Numbered from the stretch's first letter, positions 28,021 through 37,988 are shown. The stretch is DNA of 41,850 nt from an uncultured Clostridia bacterium (GCA_947629505.1 CANRDW010000004.1:1-41850); one strand, 5' to 3'. The notes: generated by a model from the letters alone, not told the origin. Numbers and translations are program-made.

Positions 28021-29057
28021 TCCGCTTCAAAAATCTTAACTTTTCCGGCAACGGCCTTTCGCATATCTTCGTTGATTGCGGCGTAATGGCGTTTTGTGGT
28101 GTTGACATCTTTGTGGCCTAAAACATCGGCGACAATATAAATATCTTTTGTTTCTCTGTATAAATTTGTGCCAAAAGTGGAGCGCAGTTTGTGCGGAGAA
28201 ATCTTTTTGAGCGGACTGCCTTCTCTTGCAAACTTTTTGACAAGATTTTCCACTGCGCGCACGCAAATACGCTTGTTTTGAAGGGATACAAACATGGCAT
28301 GCTCATTAGGGTCTAATTTCAAAGTTTCGCGTTTTGCAAGCCATGTGTTTAAGGCATCGCGCACTTCATATGAAAAATACAAGATCGCTTGATTGCCACC
28401 TTTCCTTGTCACTTTAAAAGCGTTTTGCGAGAAATCAAAATCTTCAACATTCAGACCAACAAGTTCGGAGATACGAATGCCCGTGCCAAGAAAAAGCGTG
28501 ACGATGGCGTTGTCGCGGGCGGTGGTGTTTTGATTGTAGTGTTTTTGGCGTTCTGTGAAAGTTTTTGGACTAGATACTGCGTTGAGCATTCTTGTCACTT
28601 CGTCTTTTTCCAGGCGAATAATCTCTTTATTGTGCAGTTTTGGAGTTTGTATTTTGCTTGCAACATTGCTTGAAATCATGTCATGATTGAAAAGATATTT
28701 GAAAAAACTACGAATGGAGGCAAGTTTTCTCGCTTTGCCGCGTTCGGTGTTTTTCTGATATTTGTCGCCACACTCATAATAGGAGATGTAGGACAAAAAG
28801 TTTTCAATGTTTCTTGCTTGAAGAGAGTCCAAATCCTCAAGTGTGATTTGCATTTTTGGTTTTTTCAAAACATACTTTTCAAGATAGTCGAAAAACACTG
28901 TCAAATCCATGGCATAGTTGACGCGTGTTAGCGAAGAAGTGTTGTTTTCAATTCCTGTGAAAAAATCATAGCAAAATTCTGGAAGCTGTGACAAATAACT
29001 TCCGACTTTTTGCATATTTTTAAGGTCGCGTTTTTCATAGAAAGAAAGCGTTTTCAT
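28017..29057 (-). CDS. xerC: Chromosomal tyrosine recombinase, XerC-like
   Basis: RKLASIRSFFKYL, GTGIRISELVGL, SPHKLRSTF, LGH..VNTT..HY catalytic set. Confidence 0.8.
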   Translation of the reverse strand: MKTLSFYEKRDLKNMQKVGSYLSQLPEFCYDFFTGIENNTSSLTRVNYAMDLTVFFDYLEKYVLKKPKMQITLEDLDSLQARNIENFLSYISYYECGDKYQKNTERGKARKLASIRSFFKYLFNHDMISSNVASKIQTPKLHNKEIIRLEKDEVTRMLNAVSSPKTFTERQKHYNQNTTARDNAIVTLFLGTGIRISELVGLNVEDFDFSQNAFKVTRKGGNQAILYFSYEVRDALNTWLAKRETLKLDPNEHAMFVSLQNKRICVRAVENLVKKFAREGSPLKKISPHKLRSTFGTNLYRETKDIYIVADVLGHKDVNTTKRHYAAINEDMRKAVAGKVKIFEAD

Positions 29058-29100
29058 ATTTTAATTATATCAAAGTTTTTCAAAAAATCAAACTTTTTGA

Positions 29101-29907
29101 CTAAAAAATTTCTTCCATTTTGCGATTATAGACGGGGTTAAATTGTGAGATAAGCGCAAACACCACCAAAACTGACGCCACTAAAGAGTAATAGATTGTT
29201 GCGGGCACAAAAATGCCGCATATCACAAGCACAAGTGCCGAGAAAAGATAGCCCTTTGCGCGCTGTTTGTTGAATGAGTAGGCGCAAAAATCTCTAAGCA
29301 GCCACTTCTTCTCTTGTGGCAGAGTTTTTGTGATTTTGGGAAAATAGTTGTAATATTTGTAGAGATATTTGTATGTCATAAATTCGTCCAAAATGATGAT
29401 TTTCTCTTCAAAGGTTGAAAGGATTGACGGCAAAGTTTTGTCGGAAACATTTTTGCAGCAAATCACAATTTTGTTTGCATTTTCTTTTTTAAGTTTGCTG
29501 TAAATTGAAAGTAAATTTGTGCTTGAAAGCCCTTCAAAAGACGGGTGAAAATATAAAAGAGTTTTTTTGTTTTCTTCGTGCATAACGCAGATGTAACTTT
29601 TGTGTTTTATCACATCTTTGTGCTTTGTTTTGGCAAGTTTAAAGAAAAAATCCATAGGCTCTTTTTCAAACACAAGTGACAAAAACATGTTTTGCGCATC
29701 TTGTTGCTCTTTGATTTTAAGCCTTGTTTTGTTTTTCTTTTTTGTTGTGAAAAAATGCCATATGCCGCACACAAGCGCTGTCAAAACTGCCGACAGAAAA
29801 ATGCTTGGCACAAGCTTTTTTAAAAGATATCTAATCCAAACAAAAATCAAAAGATAGACGCACAAAATTTTTAGGATTTCTTGTAAAATAATATTGATTT
29901 TTCGCAT
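29101..29907 (-). CDS. Hypothetical membrane protein (2 TM, soluble alpha/beta domain, 2 TM)
   Basis: Intact ORF and hydropathy pattern. Confidence 0.7.
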   Translation of the reverse strand: MRKINIILQEILKILCVYLLIFVWIRYLLKKLVPSIFLSAVLTALVCGIWHFFTTKKKNKTRLKIKEQQDAQNMFLSLVFEKEPMDFFFKLAKTKHKDVIKHKSYICVMHEENKKTLLYFHPSFEGLSSTNLLSIYSKLKKENANKIVICCKNVSDKTLPSILSTFEEKIIILDEFMTYKYLYKYYNYFPKITKTLPQEKKWLLRDFCAYSFNKQRAKGYLFSALVLVICGIFVPATIYYSLVASVLVVFALISQFNPVYNRKMEEIF

Positions 29908-29978
29908 AGCATAATTTTTGACACAAATTTTTTAAATATACATTTGACAAAAGGGAGGTTTTTTGCTAAAATTTAAGT

Positions 29979-30296
29979 ATGAAAAACAAAAAGATTGCAG
30001 AACTTGTCAAACTTCTGCAAGACAACAAAATTAAAAATGTTTCTGTGTATGACTTATCCACTGCGGACAGTGAGAGATACATTATCATTTCCACGTCAAA
30101 CAAAGTCATCGACAGCAAAAAAGCGGCGGATGTCATTGCCGCAACTTACAACTACACCGACAAAATTGAGGGCTATTTCAAGGGTGAGTGGATAGTGTTT
30201 GATTTTGAAAATGTCACACTTCACATATTCCTTCCAAAACTTCGCGAAAAATACAATCTCGACAAACTTTACAAGCCGAAAAAAATTGTTCTTTAA
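29979..30296 (+). CDS. rsfS: Ribosome silencing factor RsfS
   Basis: D.K...V.VYDL, EG...GEWIVFDF..V.LHIF....REKYNLDKLY. Confidence 0.85.
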   Translation: MKNKKIAELVKLLQDNKIKNVSVYDLSTADSERYIIISTSNKVIDSKKAADVIAATYNYTDKIEGYFKGEWIVFDFENVTLHIFLPKLREKYNLDKLYKPKKIVL

Positions 30297-30379
30297 AATT
30301 TTTGAAAACAAGGCGATTTTGCTTTGTTTTTTCTTTTTTTTAGGTTATAATGAATTTGTAAATTGGTTGCGGAGAGAAT

Positions 30380-30808
30380 ATGATTGAAATTTGTTTTGTT
30401 TGCACGGGCAACACCTGCCGCTCAGTTATGGCGGAGAGAATTGCAAAGAAAATGGCAAAAGAAAGAAAGATGAAAGATGTCAAATTTTCTTCGGCAGGCA
30501 TTTATGCAAAGGGCGACAACATCTCACAGAACGCTGCGGCGGCGCTTAAAGAACTTGGCTATGACGGGCGCAATCGAAAAAGCGTGAAATTGAAAAAAAA
30601 CAAGCCAAATGTTGTGTATGTTGCCGTGACTGAAAATCACAAACCATATATTGCAAGCAAAAAAGTGTTGAGTTTTAAAGACCTTGCAGGTGAAGTTGTT
30701 GACCCTTATGGGCAGCCACTTGAAGTTTACATAAACTCGGCAAAACAAATTGAAAAAAATGTTGAAGTTTTGCTTGAAAAATTGAAAGTTTTAAGGGGGA
30801 GAGTATGA
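30380..30808 (+). CDS. Low-molecular-weight protein phosphatase (YwlE-like)
   Basis: FVCTGNTCRS P-loop, SAG, DPYG, upstream of rpiB. Confidence 0.9.
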   Translation: MIEICFVCTGNTCRSVMAERIAKKMAKERKMKDVKFSSAGIYAKGDNISQNAAAALKELGYDGRNRKSVKLKKNKPNVVYVAVTENHKPYIASKKVLSFKDLAGEVVDPYGQPLEVYINSAKQIEKNVEVLLEKLKVLRGRV

Positions 30809-31236
30809 TTATAATGGCAAGCGACCATCGCGGTTATGCTTTAAAAGAAGAACTTAAAACCTTTTTTAATCAAGAAAATATCATCACCATCGATGTTGGA
30901 ACTTACAGCAAAGAGCCTGTGGATTATCCTGACTTTGCCAAACTTGGCACAACCAAGATTTTGGAGGGCAAAAGCAATGTTGGAATTTTCATTTGTGGAA
31001 CGGGCATTGGCATGAGCATTGCGGCAAATCGAAATCCAAAGATAAGGGCGGCGCTTTGCTTGGACAACAAAATGGCAGAACTTGCCCGCCGACACAACGA
31101 TGCAAATGTTTTGTGCTTGCCCGGAAATTTGAAAAAGAAAAAAGCGCTTGCTATTGTGAAAATATTTTTGACAACAAGTTTTGAAGGCGGCAGACATTCA
31201 AGGAGATTGAAAAAAATTTCGGGGGATAGCAAATGA
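30805..31236 (+). CDS. rpiB: Ribose-5-phosphate isomerase B
   Basis: ASDHRG, VDYPD, CGTGIGMSIAAN, HNDANVL, FEGGRH. Confidence 0.95.
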   Translation: MIIMASDHRGYALKEELKTFFNQENIITIDVGTYSKEPVDYPDFAKLGTTKILEGKSNVGIFICGTGIGMSIAANRNPKIRAALCLDNKMAELARRHNDANVLCLPGNLKKKKALAIVKIFLTTSFEGGRHSRRLKKISGDSK

Positions 31237-31988
31237 TAAATATAATCGTTCCTATCGTGGAAAATGTCGAAGGATTTAAAAATTTCATCCAAGCGCATAA
31301 AAGCAAAGATGTGAAGTTTTTTGTTGGAATGAAAGAATCACTAAAGGCGGATTTTGACAAAGATGTTGAAGTGCATGTTTTTAAAAATTCATCCAATAAA
31401 GAAGAAATTATCAATTCGCTTCATTCCTGCAAAATGCAGAAAGGCAAAATCATGGTTGTAAGGCGTCCGCTCACAGATGAAGAATACAAAACTCTCACAA
31501 TTTCCACGGCGCAAATCACAACGCTTAAAGCAAAAAGAAACAAATTTGTGAATATGTTTAAACGCATGGCAAGGGCGATTGTGAGAAAGATTTTTGCCTT
31601 CAATTTCTTTGAAGATATTTCAGCAATTTGTTACAGCGAAGAGATGTTTGAACTTCTCTCTGTTTGCAACAATTTCTCAATGGCAACACGCCTTAACAAA
31701 TATGTTGGCGTTGACATTGCCGAATTTGAAACATCTCAAAAACCGGTCAGAAAACAATATAGCCGTTTTAAAAATGCGCTGCTTTTGATTTGTTGGAGTG
31801 TGATTTTGGCTTGCAGCATTGCGGGTGGGATTTTGATTTGTTTGTTCTTCCCACTGCATGCATTGAATGTCATATGTGTTATCTTTTGGATTTTCATAGC
31901 GCTTGTGCTTTGGCTTGGAGGACTTTTAAACTTTACAAGGACAATCGCTGTTGGAGATTTGAGATATGGCAGAGCAGAAGAAGTTTAA
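31233..31988 (+). CDS. Membrane protein with degenerate GT2-like N-terminal domain
   Basis: MINIIVPI start, topology like GtrB-type glycosyltransferases (two C-terminal TMs), no DxD motif. Confidence 0.5.
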   Translation: MINIIVPIVENVEGFKNFIQAHKSKDVKFFVGMKESLKADFDKDVEVHVFKNSSNKEEIINSLHSCKMQKGKIMVVRRPLTDEEYKTLTISTAQITTLKAKRNKFVNMFKRMARAIVRKIFAFNFFEDISAICYSEEMFELLSVCNNFSMATRLNKYVGVDIAEFETSQKPVRKQYSRFKNALLLICWSVILACSIAGGILICLFFPLHALNVICVIFWIFIALVLWLGGLLNFTRTIAVGDLRYGRAEEV

Positions 31989-33008
<1,020 letters not shown>

Positions 33009-33024
33009 ACAAAAAGGATGAGAG

Positions 33025-33972
33025 ATGAAAAATCAATTAAACAAAGACTTAATTGAAAATTTAGACGAAAGTTTCAACGAAGAATTTTTAAACAATATAA
33101 ACGAATATGTTTATACGCTTGTTTCAAACGTTGTGGCGGACATTGAAACGCTTTCTCCATTTGTTAAGGCGGACAAGTGTTTTCTTCAGCCAGCAAACGA
33201 GATCTGCACAAATGCACTTACACAACTTTCGGAATATGACTATTTTCTTGGAATAGATAATCCACAAATCGAATTTAACAGCAAAACAAGAAAGAATTTT
33301 TGGAAGTTTGCTTGGCGGGAGTTTAAAGCATCGTGGCGTCTTGGAAGAAAAAAGTATAAAAAACATAAAAATGAAATAAAAACCGTTGAAAATATTGAAA
33401 AATACAAGATCAGCGACTTTAAAAACGATTTCATAAGCAATGTGGCAAATTATCTCAGCACAACAACTGTGATTTATGACCACATGCAGCATATCTCAAT
33501 AGTTGGGAAAGATGATTTTGGCTCTGGCGTGAAAGTAAACATATATTTTGCCATCTATGACGCTAAAAATCAGGCGTTTAAGTTTTACAATGAGATTAAA
33601 AATAAATACAAAGTGTATTCCTTTGGCGACAGATTTTCCAACATGGACATAAAATATGAAGAATGTGGCGAGATGTTTAGCAGCATGATAAGAATGCTCA
33701 ATTCTTTGTTTTCAAAACGTTTCAATCGCGTTCCAAATCAAATTTTGGTTGAAAGTTTGATTTTCAATTGTCCAAAAATTCTGTTTATTGAGGAAGATAT
33801 CTATCAAACTTTCATAAACATCGCAAATTACATCATCCTTGCAAATCCAAAGGCGCTTTCATCAATCTGTGATATAAGCAAAAACGTCTTTGAAGAGCCA
33901 CTTATCATTGAAGCGGGGCAACAGGTTGATTTTTCAAAGATAATTTCAATTTTGGAAGCATTTAAATATTAA
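33025..33972 (+). CDS. Hypothetical protein resembling a degenerate SMODS/CD-NTase nucleotidyltransferase
   Basis: FLQPANEICTNA...SEYDYFL, FSSMIRMLNSL and PNQILVESLIFNCP echo CdnE-like motifs. Confidence 0.5.
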   Translation: MKNQLNKDLIENLDESFNEEFLNNINEYVYTLVSNVVADIETLSPFVKADKCFLQPANEICTNALTQLSEYDYFLGIDNPQIEFNSKTRKNFWKFAWREFKASWRLGRKKYKKHKNEIKTVENIEKYKISDFKNDFISNVANYLSTTTVIYDHMQHISIVGKDDFGSGVKVNIYFAIYDAKNQAFKFYNEIKNKYKVYSFGDRFSNMDIKYEECGEMFSSMIRMLNSLFSKRFNRVPNQILVESLIFNCPKILFIEEDIYQTFINIANYIILANPKALSSICDISKNVFEEPLIIEAGQQVDFSKIISILEAFKY

Positions 33973-33984
33973 ATTCGACTTTTT

Positions 33985-34013
33985 GTATATTTTTTCGACA
34001 AATGCCCACACTA
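33985..34013 (+). promoter_or_regulatory. Putative SigG-type promoter with an embedded Spo0A box
   Basis: GTATA-17 bp-CACACTA. TTCGACA (reverse complement of TGTCGAA) at 33994-34000. Confidence 0.45.
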
Positions 34014-34033
34014 GAAATAGGAGGGCATTTTTC

Positions 34034-34231
34034 ATGAAAGAAATCTGGATGGTTGTTGGCTTTGGTGCGGGGCTTGTTGCAGGGGCACTTTTATATAAAC
34101 ACTGTGATGATGCAAAGAAACTTGTAAACAAGGGCGAAAAGGCCGTGAAAGAAGAGGTTGAAAACCTTAAACAAGTTGTCAAAGACCCAAAAACAAAGAA
34201 ACAAGCAAAAACAAAGCAGAAAACTACATAA
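34034..34231 (+). CDS. Small YtxH-like single-TM protein
   Basis: AGGAGGG RBS, GFGAGLVAGALL TM followed by a charged amphipathic tail. Confidence 0.7.
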   Translation: MKEIWMVVGFGAGLVAGALLYKHCDDAKKLVNKGEKAVKEEVENLKQVVKDPKTKKQAKTKQKTT

Positions 34232-34287
34232 CACCATATGTTGTGTATTATGCAACAATAATATATTGCATAATACACTAAATATTG
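34231..34287. repeat. Intergenic palindromic repeat, copy 4
   Basis: Perfect 13-bp IR GTGTATTATGCAA / TTGCATAATACAC (34243-34278) with ACACCATATGTTGTGT overlapping the left arm. Confidence 0.65.
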
Positions 34288-34291
34288 AAAC

Positions 34292-34321
34292 AAAAAAGCA
34301 AGGAAACAACCTTGCTTTTTC
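34292..34321. terminator. Bidirectional terminator (SRP RNA and small ORF)
   Basis: AAAAAAGCAAGG-aaacaa-CCTTGCTTTTT. Confidence 0.8.
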
Positions 34322-34324
34322 ATT

Positions 34325-34592
34325 TTCTGGGCGATTGCTTTGTTGCAGACTGACCGACTGCCTCACAGATTGCTTGCTCCACCAAAGTTTCCTCATGGCA
34401 CAACGACCAATCTTTTTAGTGATGCTTCCGTCAGGATCTGACACGGTTCAAAGGAGTCGATTGCATAAGACCTTGATTTCAACGCAAGAAAAATGTGCAC
34501 ATATTCAACCAATTTGCACCTAGGCAACTGTTCGACCCTGCTGTAGCGGATTGCAGGTCACAGGGCACCGCTATCTCCCCGTCTAGCCCAGC
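34325..34592 (-). ncRNA. ffs: Large (Bacillus/Clostridium-type) SRP RNA
   Basis: 5' Alu-domain GGGGAGATAGCGGTGCCCTGTGACCTGCAATCCGCTACAGCAGGGTCGAA, helix 8 GTGTCAGATCCTGACGGAAGCATCAC, paired ends CTGGGC/GCCCAG. Confidence 0.92.
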
Positions 34593-34598
34593 AATAAT

Positions 34599-34627
34599 AT
34601 TATATAGATTTGCCACGCCTTTGTCAA
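34599..34627 (-). promoter_or_regulatory. Consensus sigma-A promoter for SRP RNA
   Basis: TTGACA-17 bp-TATAAT on the minus strand. Confidence 0.85.
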
Positions 34628-34722
34628 GAAAAATTTGCCAACTTTTTTATGCGACAAAACCCGCCAAATTTTGACGCCAAATGCAAACTTTTCTCTCATA
34701 AGTTGTTTTAAGGGGTGAGTGT

Positions 34723-35625
34723 ATGCTGGAAAAAATCCTGCCAGAGAAGTTTTACAATATTATCGCAAGCAAAATCAATCTAAAAGCCGTCAATGAAATA
34801 AGGCTCAGATGCGACAGGCCGGTTGTCATCAATGTCAGCGGCAAAAATTTTTTTCTTTGTGAAAACGGCGTGACAACATCGCGTGCAAACGCCTTGATTG
34901 CAAGCAAAATTATGATTGAAGATGTGATTTTCAGGGCGAGTGAGTGTTCAATTTATTCGGTGAATGAGCAGATTAAACGGGGATTTATTGTCACTGATGA
35001 TGCTGTGAGAATTGGAATTGGCGGAAATCTTGTGGAGGAAAACGGCAAAATCAAAACTATGTCAAATTTCACTTCTTGCAACATTCGTGTGCCACATTTT
35101 GTGAAGAATTGTTCGCTTTGTGCATTTCCATACATCGTTTCAAATGATGGAGTCCAAAACACGCTTGTAATTTCTCCGCCCGGCTGTGGCAAGACCACTT
35201 TTTTAAAGGATTTTGTCAGTCAACTAAGTCAGCGCAATTTGGCATACAATGTGCTTTTACTTGACGAGCGTGGCGAACTTGACATTGGCATAAATTCGTC
35301 TTACACCGACAAGATTGCTTTTTCAAGCAAAAAAGTGGGCTTTGAAAACGGCATTCGTTCGCTTTCACCAGACATCATCGTCACGGACGAAGTGGGGCAA
35401 GAGGATGATGTGGATGCAATAAGATATGCCTGCACTTGCGGAGTGAAAATTTTGGCGTCTGCACACGCCGAAAGCGTTGAAACTTTCTGCAAAAAGCCAC
35501 TTTTCCAAGAGGTGATTAAAGAGAAGTTGTTTAAACGCTTTGTTGTGCTTTCAAAACGCAACGGCCCAGGCACTTTTGAGGGAATTTATGATGAGAATTT
35601 TGCGCGGATTTATCACTCAACTTAA
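34723..35625 (+). CDS. spoIIIAA: Stage III sporulation ATPase AA
   Basis: EIRLR..RP, SPPGCGKTT.LKD, DERGEL, IRSLSPD..VTDEVG, first gene of the 8-gene operon. Confidence 0.92.
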   Translation: MLEKILPEKFYNIIASKINLKAVNEIRLRCDRPVVINVSGKNFFLCENGVTTSRANALIASKIMIEDVIFRASECSIYSVNEQIKRGFIVTDDAVRIGIGGNLVEENGKIKTMSNFTSCNIRVPHFVKNCSLCAFPYIVSNDGVQNTLVISPPGCGKTTFLKDFVSQLSQRNLAYNVLLLDERGELDIGINSSYTDKIAFSSKKVGFENGIRSLSPDIIVTDEVGQEDDVDAIRYACTCGVKILASAHAESVETFCKKPLFQEVIKEKLFKRFVVLSKRNGPGTFEGIYDENFARIYHST

Positions 35626-35634
35626 GGAGGGTGC

Positions 35635-36129
35635 ATGAAATATATTTTTATTGTTTTATTGTTTGGAGTTTGCGTTGTTGTGGGCTATGTTATGTCACTT
35701 AAATACGCCAAACGCAAAAAGTTTTTCACAAGCCTTATCACAGTGGCGGACAAACTTTGCATGGAGATAAATTTCTCACGCGAAAGGCTTAGAGTTTTGT
35801 TTGCAAATTTGGACGAAAATTTGAAAAAACATCTTCTTGGAGTGGACGAGCAGTTTGTCAGATTTTTGGACAGAGAATGCGAACTCGTGGAGAGCGAAAT
35901 CTTTAAAAAAGCGGACTGTTTAAAAGCGGATGAAAAAGAAGCAATTTTGATGTTTTTTAAGATGCTTGGCAGAAGCGATGTTGAAAATCAGACGAAAGAA
36001 ATTTCTTCTTATGTGAGCAGATTTGGCGAGTTTAAAAAAACTTGTGATGAAGAACACAAAAAATATGGCTCTCTTTCAATCAAACTTGGCTTTATTTGTG
36101 GGCTTTTTGTGGCGGTCATTCTGTTTTAA
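35635..36129 (+). CDS. spoIIIAB: Stage III sporulation protein AB
   Basis: N- and C-terminal TMs, LGRSDVENQ, operon position. Confidence 0.85.
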   Translation: MKYIFIVLLFGVCVVVGYVMSLKYAKRKKFFTSLITVADKLCMEINFSRERLRVLFANLDENLKKHLLGVDEQFVRFLDRECELVESEIFKKADCLKADEKEAILMFFKMLGRSDVENQTKEISSYVSRFGEFKKTCDEEHKKYGSLSIKLGFICGLFVAVILF

Positions 36130-36135
36130 AAGGAG

Positions 36136-36336
36136 ATGCAGATGGATGTTGATATTATCTTCAAAATCGCCGCAATAGGCATCTTGACAGCCGTTGTCAG
36201 CCAAATTCTGAAAAACAGCGGCAAGGACGACATCTCCACTTTGGCAACTTTGGCGGGAGTTGTGATTGTGCTGTTTATGGTTGTTGGCATGATCGGGGAG
36301 TTGTTTACAAACATAAGAACGATATTTAGTTTTTAA
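36136..36336 (+). CDS. spoIIIAC: Stage III sporulation protein AC
   Basis: MDVDIIFKIAAIGILTAV...TLAG. Confidence 0.92.
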   Translation: MQMDVDIIFKIAAIGILTAVVSQILKNSGKDDISTLATLAGVVIVLFMVVGMIGELFTNIRTIFSF

Positions 36337-36345
36337 AAGGCGCAT

Positions 36346-36738
36346 ATGGACACACTTTTCAAAATTATCAGTGTTGCACTTATCACTTGTGTGGCTTGCA
36401 TGGTTGTCAAACCTGTGCGGGCTGATTTTGCCGTGTTGTTGTCCATTGTGGGCGGAATAATAATCATTCTTTACATGCTTTCTTATTTTTCAGATATCTT
36501 CAAAATCTTTGACAGCATCTTTCATTTTTCGGGCATAAATTCGTCTATTTACAGCGTTGTTTTGAAGATAATCGGCGTGGGCTATCTGACGGAGTTTGCT
36601 TCTAGCGTTTGCAGTGACACGGGCAATTCTTCGCTTGCGGACAAGGTTTTGCTTGGTGGCAAAATTGTGATTTTGGTCATGTCCCTTCCTATTGTGACCA
36701 GCATCCTTGATATTGTCATGCAACTTTTGCCAAAGTGA
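36346..36738 (+). CDS. spoIIIAD: Stage III sporulation protein AD
   Basis: LKIIGVGYLTEF...C.D.G..SLA.KV.LGGK. Confidence 0.92.
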   Translation: MDTLFKIISVALITCVACMVVKPVRADFAVLLSIVGGIIIILYMLSYFSDIFKIFDSIFHFSGINSSIYSVVLKIIGVGYLTEFASSVCSDTGNSSLADKVLLGGKIVILVMSLPIVTSILDIVMQLLPK

Positions 36739-37988
36739 CAAGAAAAATGTTGAGCCTGACAAAAAGGAAGGGGATTGTCAAGGTTTTTGTTTTAATGATT
36801 GTGCTGTGCATCTTTGTTTCTTGTTTTTTTGGGCGATTTGGCATATCGGGCTTTGAGGTGAATGTTGCATATGCGGCAACTGTCCAAGAGGATGATACAC
36901 AAAAAGCGCTTGAAGAGGAAGTTGAAAAACAACTCGACAATTTGGACTTTACAGCACTTGAAGATGTCATTTCAAAACTGTCAGTTTCGGCAAAAGAGAT
37001 TTTTGCGTCAAATTCGTTTATGGACAAACTCAAACTTGTCATCTCGGGCGACTATGCGGAAAATTCAAAGTCTTTTCTCGCGGCAGTCAGTTCGATTTTT
37101 TGGGACGGCATGAAAACCTTTATGCCAATCATCGCAAGCATAATTGCAATATCCATTTTGGGCGGCATGATTTCTTCATTAAAGCCGACAAGTTCTGGAA
37201 AGTCCATCGGCGGAATTGTTCACTTTGTCACTTATGGGATTGTGATTGTCTTTTTGGGAGCGACACTTGTGCAACTTATGCAAACCACAACTCAAACGCT
37301 CACAACAATCAAAAGTGTTTTTGACGGCATCTTTCCGCTTTTGTTGACATTATTGACCGCTATTGGCGGTTCTGTTTCTGTAGGGATTTATCAGCCTGCA
37401 ATCGCACTTATTTCAAATGTCATAATCTCTTTTATCACGCATATTCTGTTGCCTATTTTCATCTTTTCGCTTGTGTTTTCAATCATCGGCAATCTTTCAA
37501 ACAATGTCCGTCTTGACAAATTCGTGTCCTTTTTGCAGTCCACTTTCAAATGGACAATCGGCTTTTGTTTCACCATCTTTCTGGGCTTTATTTCAATTCA
37601 GGGCATCATGGCTGGCAGCGTTGACGGGCTTTCCATCCGCACAGCAAAATATGCCATAAAAAGTTATGTGCCGGTGGTGGGCGGCTATGTTGCAGACGGC
37701 ATGGGCATCATCCTTGCAAGCAGCACACTCATCAAAAACGCTGTCGGTGGCGTTGGGCTTTTCCTTTTGCTTGCAAGCGTGATTTCACCTGTTTTGCAAC
37801 TTGTTTTGTTTATGCTTTCGCTGAAGTTTATGGCGGGCGTGATTGAGCCTATTGGCGACAGCAAAGTTGCCTCGTTTATCAGCGATGTTTCAAAAAGCAT
37901 GTCGCTTTTGATTGCGCTTATTGTAGCGGTGTCGTTTATGTATTTGGTGCTGACCGGACTTATCATGTGCAGCGCAAATCTTGTTTAG
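36735..37988 (+). CDS. spoIIIAE: Stage III sporulation protein AE
   Basis: Polytopic, DG...RTAKY....VPVVG, IKNAVG..G. Confidence 0.92.
   Translation: MTRKMLSLTKRKGIVKVFVLMIVLCIFVSCFFGRFGISGFEVNVAYAATVQEDDTQKALEEEVEKQLDNLDFTALEDVISKLSVSAKEIFASNSFMDKLKLVISGDYAENSKSFLAAVSSIFWDGMKTFMPIIASIIAISILGGMISSLKPTSSGKSIGGIVHFVTYGIVIVFLGATLVQLMQTTTQTLTTIKSVFDGIFPLLLTLLTAIGGSVSVGIYQPAIALISNVIISFITHILLPIFIFSLVFSIIGNLSNNVRLDKFVSFLQSTFKWTIGFCFTIFLGFISIQGIMAGSVDGLSIRTAKYAIKSYVPVVGGYVADGMGIILASSTLIKNAVGGVGLFLLLASVISPVLQLVLFMLSLKFMAGVIEPIGDSKVASFISDVSKSMSLLIALIVAVSFMYLVLTGLIMCSANLV

Noticed and set aside
28017-29057. Tyrosine recombinase as the integrase of the phage-like cluster
   Set aside because: It lies about 19 kb away among housekeeping genes and looks like the chromosomal clostridial XerC type. 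No att repeats link it to the cluster.
34091-34523. ORFs 34091..34444 (-) and 34158..34523 (+)
   Set aside because: They overlap the SRP RNA, its terminator and the repeat, have no RBS, and the composition is not protein-like.
34681-34710. SigE promoter for spoIIIA (CATAAGTT at 34697)
   Set aside because: It is plausible from known regulation, but only a -10-like element is visible and the -35 is unconvincing, so it was not listed as a feature.
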